Shown here: positions 33,927 through 41,400 of the stretch, one piece after another | Layout: each line of letters opens with the position of its first letter | Position numbering within the stretch: the first letter of the stretch is position 1 | Assembly (NCBI GenBank): GCA_032718475.1 | Contig: JAUCBJ010004940.1 | Location: forward strand, 1 to 41,400 | Reading direction: 5' to 3' | DNA: 41,400 nt | DNA from: Nemertoderma westbladi | Lineage: Eukaryota; Animalia; Xenacoelomorpha | Translations under genes and position numbers: made by a program | Notes under the pieces: generated by a model | What the model saw: only the letters and a program-made list of their open reading frames with translations | Told to the model about the DNA's origin: nothing | The model's database searches: none

Positions 33927-34857
33927 CTAATGTAACAGAGTGGTTAACAAGTTTAAATAATTTAAATATAATAAATAGTTCCCACATAAAGGTATATTTT
34001 GTATTAAAGAAAACCTCGGCATACCCAAACAACCTTAGACACAGTACTACTACACTTACTAAATATATTATTTTACTTACTAACACCAAATATCTTATTA
34101 AAACATATAATTAATACTAAAATGTACTTTAATCTCCTAATGTTCTGTATAACTGTTCGATCTACTATCAATGCACTTTAACGAATTTACAACAATATTT
34201 CCGTTATTAACAATTAATAATATTAACAATTAATAATACCGATAACTTCCTAATCGAACCAATCCATGATTTTAACCGATTCAACTACCAGTAATGGAAT
34301 CCCGTCACCGTCATTAACTCAATCGCTTATTTATCGTCATCATCGTCAGCCCAAATTATCGTTTGCTGTAACAACCTGACTGAAAAAAGTTCTACCGGAG
34401 TTTAACTGCACATGTCCAACCACCACAAACACTACTTACACAATCCATTTCTAACAACAAGACATACTGATCGCTAGATGTAGAGAACTGTTTTGGTTGG
34501 TATCGAACCAGAATGTCACGAGTCACGATTTTTATTTTTTTTCTCTTTTAGACCAAATATAGCAACACTAGCTATGCTACTGCTTTCTTTGACTAATTAA
34601 ATAACAACACAAACTCATTAGGCTACACAAGTCGGAATATTTGTTTGTTCGTAGGATAATATATGTCAATTATATATGTTAATATATATCATAATAATAG
34701 GCTACTAATTTCTGCAGGTTTAGATAGTCCAGATAAACAAAAAAAACATCTAAAAATAATCAAATGCTAATTTATACAAAAAGCAATTTAATAAATTTAT
34801 TTAAAAAATTATTAAATTATTCAAAAGTAGCGCGACCTAAGCCAATAATATTTATTC

Positions 34858-35532
34858 TCAAAAAATTCCATAAACGAATAGGAGGAGAGTAAGTAATATA
34901 CTAGGGGTTACATTGAGTGCGATGGAGGTTGGGCCGTTAGGTTTAACTACATCTTCTATAACACCAGTGGTTGTTATATCGGGTGCGATGGAGGTTGAGC
35001 CGTTAGGTTCAACTATATCTTTCCCTTCTTCAGTTGGTTGTTGTTGGTCCGATTCCGTATTAACCTTGCACTCGTGTATTTCTATTGATGGTTCCAGCCT
35101 TGTCCTCTCTAACACTATAACTATCTCGTGTTCCCCAACCTCCCGTTTTATATCCCGCCCTTCCACTCTCTGACTAGTAACATGGACGTTAGTATAAGTA
35201 ACTCTGATTACTACAGGTCGTCCCGAAACTGAAACTATTACACTATTATTAGTATAACCGTCGTCGTATCGCTCCACGTTTATTTCCCCATCCTCGTATT
35301 CCAACCGAAATACAGAATGACCGTCAATCCTTCCACGGATCCTTCTTATATCGATGATGGCTTTATCGCTTGTGAGTTCATAACTTAAAGTTAAATTACC
35401 TCCCTCCTCCACACAGTTCTTACCAACGGGTTCTACCATGATGAGATTTGTAGGATCGTAGGCGACATCTATTCCGTGGCATAAAGACGTCAGATGGGTA
35501 GTAAGTAAAACTGATAAGTAAATAATTAACAT
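34858..35532 (-). CDS. Secreted, probably GPI-anchored Ig-V-like surface protein, paralog B (224 aa, single exon)
   Basis: Same architecture as 4923-5618. Residues 1-44 are identical, and both mature-domain cysteines and the hydrophobic tail are conserved. Confidence 0.85.
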   Translation of the reverse strand: MLIIYLSVLLTTHLTSLCHGIDVAYDPTNLIMVEPVGKNCVEEGGNLTLSYELTSDKAIIDIRRIRGRIDGHSVFRLEYEDGEINVERYDDGYTNNSVIVSVSGRPVVIRVTYTNVHVTSQRVEGRDIKREVGEHEIVIVLERTRLEPSIEIHECKVNTESDQQQPTEEGKDIVEPNGSTSIAPDITTTGVIEDVVKPNGPTSIALNVTPSILLTLLLFVYGIF

Positions 35533-35989
35533 GGCTGATAATATTAGATATTAATAATTTATATTAAAATTCAACTTGTAAACAAATAAAATATAATAGA
35601 TTAATAAATAATATAAATTAGTTAACCAAATTATTATTGGTGATCTAGGCGTTCTAGAGCTAGATGGAGCCGGACTGGAGGAAAACTATTTCTTATTATA
35701 TTTCTTAATTTTAATCTTCTATTTTACAGATAATATATTGTAGGAATAGCATTCTACAATTATATTTACTATAAATTCATAATTTGCGTTGTATGTGTTT
35801 TTTATAATAAAGTCTTTAACAGTTTAGGTCATGACCGCGGCATTTCTAGCTAATTAAAATATTTAAGTTTCAAATAAAACACACAATGAATTTCATGTAA
35901 ATCCAAAATTAAAACGTTTTTGCATATTTATAATGAGTTTACATTTTCATTTGTTTTCCTCCAATGTTCGCGGAGCGTCGCGCAGCACG

Positions 35990-36192
35990 CGAACTTGAGC
36001 AAGTTTGAAACAAGTTCGATTTGATCTGGAGTCAAACGTTCGAGAGGTATTTGCTCGTAACTTTAATCTTCAAGTTATTTACTTACGAATTTTTCATTAC
36101 AGACAGACAGAAGGACAGACAGACAGACAGACGGACATGACGTTTTGCCCTATTTATTAATTACTAATTATAATTTTGCGCTAAGGCTCGCC
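35990..36192 (+). repeat. (GACA)n-containing repeat resembling Helentron-associated/DINE-1-like elements
   Basis: ACAGACAGACAGAAGGACAGACAGACAGACAGACGGACATG at about 36099-36140. Termini are not resolved. Confidence 0.35.
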
Positions 36193-36793
36193 CTGACTGC
36201 GTGGCTCTCCCCACATCATTGTGTGCAAAATAGCACTTTGCAGCGTTATGACCTATTATTTATGTTTATTATTTATGTACCGAGCGAGCGCAACAAGGGA
36301 GGTTTACATAAATAAACAAGGGTCATTAACGCTGAAAATTGACCTTTGCAAGCAATGATGTATGTAATTTTGTTACATTATGTCAACTTATCAGCGTTCG
36401 GTATGTGAAGAAATGATTTTATGGATACTCATATAATCATTTTAATCATGTACTATATCGAATATAAGTGAAATTTATTAACAGGTACACAGTATTAATT
36501 ATACATTTATATCTGTAATTAAAGTGCTGATGGATGCATGGATGTGATAAATCATTAATTCATCTTGACTATTATAGTCGACTGAAGCAATCTGAGTCAC
36601 CGTCTGTGTCCGTTCAGTTTTACAAGTAATAATCACAAGTGAAAAATTACCAATAGAAAGATACCAAGCTGTAGGATTGAGACACACTTCACGCAACAAG
36701 ATCACTCATTTACGGAATAACATACAATGAAGAGTTCTTACCTATAGTAACAATGATTTATAGGTACATCTCGTACTAGGTATGGATACTGGC

Positions 36794-37953
36794 TGTAAAA
36801 GCTTTTGCGTAATTAACCGGTTATTTTCCCTTAAAGTACTCTGTAGTTGGTTTGCCAGGCATAAAAAGGCCGTGTCCTTGCTGTACTGGTGTTTTAGAGG
36901 ACATAAAAGTCATTTCCTCTGTATTTGTACTTTAGAGGACATAATCCGCAATCTAGTGACGCGATAAGCTAGATACTCTTGAAAACAGTGTCGCTACCAT
37001 GACGACGGCTAACAGCTGATATTGCCACGTCGACATTTCTTTGTTTCTTTGTTCTCTCGTTGTTCGGTTGACCAATCAGAGCGTTTTTGTCTCTGTGTTG
37101 GAGGTGGATACAGAACTCAGTAGTTCAGTGTTATGTTTTTGCCCAGAGCCTAAGAACACCGGCTTTTGGCACCTCCGTGTTTCAGTCTTTAGTCTTACAT
37201 TAGTAGGCTTAATTATAGAACGTATATCTGTTATCAAACGACTTACTACCTACTTAATTACTCACTCACTTAATAATCATTTATACCTTAACTTTACTGC
37301 TTTTGCTGTCGGTTATTCATTATATTGGTTGATGAAATATTATATCGGAATACTGATCAATAATCAGACACCCAACCTTCTTGATATACTAAAGGTTAGA
37401 GAGACCGGTTACAGATAAACGATTGCGACCTATGTTAAGTGGTTTGAAGTGAATCTAATGCTATTTCATATGCCCGACATAAATTGTCTGTTGCTCTCTT
37501 TATACGTGACTAAATTTAGTGAAGATCGGCAGATTAGTGTGCAGTATTGTGCAGCATTGTGTATGAGTGTAACTGATAACAAAGCATCTCCTAAAGAATG
37601 CGCCATATACGTGAATCTATAGCCTTTTCGTTGTGTCTAGTTTAAGTCATAACTCTGTTTACATATTTAGAGCGCCACGTCCTAAAGGAACTGTTAATAT
37701 TTCCCGAAAGTGAATAATATTGTCAGAGATTATATATTACGATCAGTCGAATAATACGGTAGGCTTACACCATCAATCATTAAGCTCCGAATTCGGTCTC
37801 CCGGGTATATCCAGCGGGTGAATGATTGCGCATAGACTGGCTTCGGCTAATGTAGTGTATCAAATACTCGTCATAGGCTAAAGACTATCTATCATCCAAA
37901 AGACATTCTAATTTTGGCAGGTTAAACTGTCAAAGGTCTTAAAAGCGCAAACA
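36794..37953 (+). repeat. 5' LTR (1160 bp)
   Basis: TGTAAAAG...GCGCAAACA, homologous to the other LTRs. Confidence 0.92.
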
Positions 37954-40134
37954 ATAACAGATATTGCTTCTAGATTGCGGTGTAAGCAATCTAGTCGAAA
38001 GTACCGGTCGACCGGTAACCATTAGGCCTGGCTGTCTGATCATCCGGACCGGTACCTACTTACGGTACAGGTACAGCAGTATTATTCGATTGTGGTATTG
38101 TATACCGGTAGGCTGTTTAAGAGATTAGGGACTGTACACCCCTTGTTTCTTTTGGAGCTTACTTATTTCTGTCAGTTTTATTTATTTGTAGGCCAGTATT
38201 GAGCAGAAGGCGTGTAAGCCTGCTCAGATTGTACAGATAATTTGTAGGCTTGACTGTTGGCTAACTGTTGATTAGGTCTGAACGGATTGCAGTGCATGTA
38301 GAGTGTATGTCCGATAAAGAACGGTTAGGAAGTAGGGGCAGCCATAGATATAAGGTAAACCCCCATCTAAAGAATAAGTCGTACTACTGGGTTAGAACGC
38401 ATACTACTTAACCATTTCGGAGTCTGCATGTCCTGTAGTTTATTTAGGCTTGATAGTAGTCTGCCATCGTTTGGTCTGTACTTTGTTTGTGTAGTCTGTA
38501 CGGGTAGCGTATAATTTTATTTAGATAATTTGTAGGCTGGATAGTTGTCTGGCTGTTGTTGGGTTTGAGGAAATTTCGGTGTGTGTAGAGCATCTGTCCG
38601 ATGAAGTGCTAGTTAGGAAAGTAGGGGCTTCAAGTGCTGTGAGGTAAACCCCCTGTGAAAGAATAAGTCGTACTACTGGGTTAGAACGCATACTAACTAA
38701 TCATTTCGGAGTCTGCATATACCGTAGTTTGTTTAGGCTTGATAGTAGTCTGTCAGTATTTGGTCTGCATTTTGTTTGAGTAGTTTGTACGCGTAGCGTA
38801 ATATTTATTATTCAGAGTTTATGCGATTATTCGCAACATTCATTCCCCAAGTTTGTTCCTACAGTAATTGTGTTTGTTATACATACCGTTATAGTTAAAC
38901 TAACCCCGGTACTACATCAGGGCTGCTCGGCGTAGGTAAAGACTGGAGATTTTGTGCTTTGGTCACTCCGGCAGATACCGTGGTTCTTTTGGCTGTTCAA
39001 GTATTTTTAACTACTGATTATTTGTTGTACAAGTACTTGTACCTAATTTAGGGTTTAGTGTACAGTGCTTTCCGAAAGTAATTAGTGTAGGCATTATATT
39101 TGTGTTGTAAAGTGGTTGATAGGCACGTACGTTAGCTCTATTAACTTCTAGGTAGGGACACTCCGTGATACATAACGTAGTACCTATAGTGATACGGTTA
39201 TAGGTCGTCAGGCGGTGGTATTTTCCTATCTGGACAGCGCAGTATATTTACTACTACTTATTATTTTCAAATACCTTAGTACCCTGTCCGTTGTAATAAC
39301 CAGATATTCTAACCCTTTGTTAGGCTGGTTAGTAGACTTCTTGTAAAATTACCCTAAAAAATTTGTAATTGTGTATTTGTAATTAAATATTTGTGTTTAT
39401 TTAGAGATTGTAATCTCAACCCGAATTGTACGTAATTTGTAGTATTAAGTAACTTAGGTAAATTAGAATTATTTGTTTTAGTGTCTAACAAGTAGCACTC
39501 CACTGAGAGCGCACAACTTATGTGTAGTGACTCCCCCAGAAATAATTACATTTATTTCAAACATTGACAAAACCCATTAAACGGGTATATATATATTATA
39601 AATCAACTCATACGATTTATAAATAGTAGGCCTGCCATACAACAATTAGGTCTCAATATCAGTTGGACTACTGCTTAAATAACGGTAATAAAGTAAGTTA
39701 AAGTAACCAAGTAACCCTTAAAATTCAGAAATTCAATTATTATAAAATAATTGACATACCGGTATTTACAATAGGCTTATTATATTTATTTCTATAAATT
39801 TTAGGTTGAAATCATACCGGTATTCTGTAATTAATTCTAGTTAATAATTATACCTATATATACTATAAGTGTAAACTGCATACCGGTATCCACGATAGGC
39901 CTAATATATATTTATATATATTTGTGCTAAAATTATATACCGGTTTCTGTGAAAAACCTAGTCTGTAATAATACTTATATATACCATAAGCATACCGGTA
40001 TTCTAATATTATATACAGCACGCTACACTGAGTAGTAGTATCGGTAATTAATTACTAGGCTAGCAGTTATTACTGAATTACTGGACTTGCTTAGACTGTA
40101 ATATAGCAGTAGGCATTCAACTGGGTAAACAAAC

Positions 40135-41400
40135 ATGTCTGATACTAAGCAGAACCTGTCAGACAGTTTATTAGATGTAACTATCTGCGACTCAGATAAG
40201 AGTGTAGAACCGTCTACACCTAAGTTCAGTTCACCTCCCACTGTGAGGAAGGTCATCCCTCCAGTAGTAATAACAGAACCTAGGCTGGTCCAACATCGTA
40301 GGTCTATCATAGGCACTCGAGCCCAGGTCAAGCGGGACCAAGAAGCAGCGGAACAGCAACAACCCGTGAGCCAAGAACTTATTTCTCAGCGGCCCGACAG
40401 CTCCAGTAGTGAAGATACTGTAGAACTGACACCCGAGCGCGGTGCAAAGATGACGGATGCGGTTTATTCGGATCCCCTTCTCATCCTGCCTGCAGCCGTA
40501 CTCACTAGGATATTGATCGCGGTGGAAGAACACCAGATCGATTGGGCGAGAAGTAAGCGATCGACTAAAGATAGTTATGAGGGATACACAAGGGAAGAAC
40601 TGAAGTCTATGGTCGAGTCGCAATGGAACTTCCCCGGACCCGGACTCCCGTTTGATTTATCAGAAGCTGCCTGGGAAGACATACACCGGATGGGAGTAGC
40701 CAAGGAGACCACCGATCCAGCTGTGTGGAAGAGGTCCGCAGCCGGATACGCACAGGGATTCTTCAGCTCTATGGAGCGAGTAGAAAAACAACTGTTTCAA
40801 CAACCCCAAGGACCTCAAGAGCAGGGACAACTGCTTTATCAAGTTAGAGAAAGAATTCTACGAATCAGGCTAATCTTATCAGCCTTTGAGGAGGCTTCTA
40901 AAAGAAGACAAGACACGTCGTTGCAAGTTGCTGTAAAGACTTGGTTTCAAAAGGTGAGTCTCCAGGTTCAAGGAACGGCTCAGTGGAAAGCCCAACTAGA
41001 TGAGCGCTCAACCCATGGAGAATCAACAGACGCTACATTTTCCCAAGTGGAGAGTGAAGCGACAGCAGAGAAACCGCATAAGAGGGATGCTATTGATATC
41101 TATCTGTCGGACTATCAACGTTTTGTAGGTGATGAAGAGCTGAGGAGAAGGCTAGAGGGACTTAGCCCTAATAGTGAAGGAGCCCAGCGTGTGTTGGACG
41201 CAATCGATGTGGATAGGTTAGCTGCGAACCAAGCTAAATTCAATGAAAGTATCCGCATCGCTAAGGTTCAAGAAGAACAAATAAAGAAAAAACGTATAGA
41301 AGACAGAAAGATACCAGCAGTGGCAGAGGCAGAAAGAAAAGCGACCTTGGCAGAAGCAGCGGCAGAGGCAAAAGCGGCAGCGGCAGAGGCAAAAGCGGCG
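40135..41400 (+). CDS. BEL polyprotein N-terminus (partial, apparently open to the window end)
   Basis: ATG TCT GAT ACT AAG = MSDTKQNLSDSLLD..., colinear with 14221-15729 apart from an in-frame deletion of about 10 codons near 40290. Missing from the ORF track because no stop occurs within the window. Confidence 0.85.
   Translation, partial: MSDTKQNLSDSLLDVTICDSDKSVEPSTPKFSSPPTVRKVIPPVVITEPRLVQHRRSIIGTRAQVKRDQEAAEQQQPVSQELISQRPDSSSSEDTVELTPERGAKMTDAVYSDPLLILPAAVLTRILIAVEEHQIDWARSKRSTKDSYEGYTREELKSMVESQWNFPGPGLPFDLSEAAWEDIHRMGVAKETTDPAVWKRSAAGYAQGFFSSMERVEKQLFQQPQGPQEQGQLLYQVRERILRIRLILSAFEEASKRRQDTSLQVAVKTWFQKVSLQVQGTAQWKAQLDERSTHGESTDATFSQVESEATAEKPHKRDAIDIYLSDYQRFVGDEELRRRLEGLSPNSEGAQRVLDAIDVDRLAANQAKFNESIRIAKVQEEQIKKKRIEDRKIPAVAEAERKATLAEAAAEAKAAAAEAKAA

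Larger units (their letters stand above)
22845..35866 (+). repeat. Segmental duplication, copy B, expanded by a solo LTR and a LINE
   Basis: Starts ATTAAT.TGTAATATATGAAACC, equal to position 1. Empty sites of both insertions are visible in copy A (about 942 and 2610). The true left end may lie further upstream. Confidence 0.95.
36794..41400 (+). mobile_element. Third BEL family member (5' LTR, leader and ORF start), running off the window
   Basis: Reverse-complement homolog of 14450-19180. Confidence 0.93.

Noticed and set aside
36499-36705. Short ORF faintly resembling transposon-borne Ulp1-like protease segments
   Set aside because: No catalytic motifs are visible and the similarity is too weak to support.

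Overview
AT-rich, repeat-dense window from a eukaryotic genome; the transposon mix suggests a marine invertebrate (inference). A cassette of at least 6 kb is duplicated in the same orientation (copy A 1-5956; copy B 22845-35866, expanded by later insertions). Each copy carries an intronless gene for a signal-peptide, Ig-V-like, probably GPI-anchored surface protein. The two paralogs differ almost only by amino-acid-changing substitutions clustered in the Ig-like domain, which is the most striking signal here. The rest is mobile DNA. There are three members of one BEL/Pao LTR family: a young 12.3 kb copy that keeps Gag-protease, has lost RT and integrase, and carries an unknown 3' ORF; a solo LTR; and a copy running off the window. 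There is also a near full-length L2/CR1-group LINE (2A-PHD-APE-RT) with nested insertions, an RTE-like 5' fragment, TTAA-targeting MITEs, decayed piggyBac-like transposase, and four tRNA-derived repeats followed by a degenerate hammerhead-like core. All counts come from manual reading.
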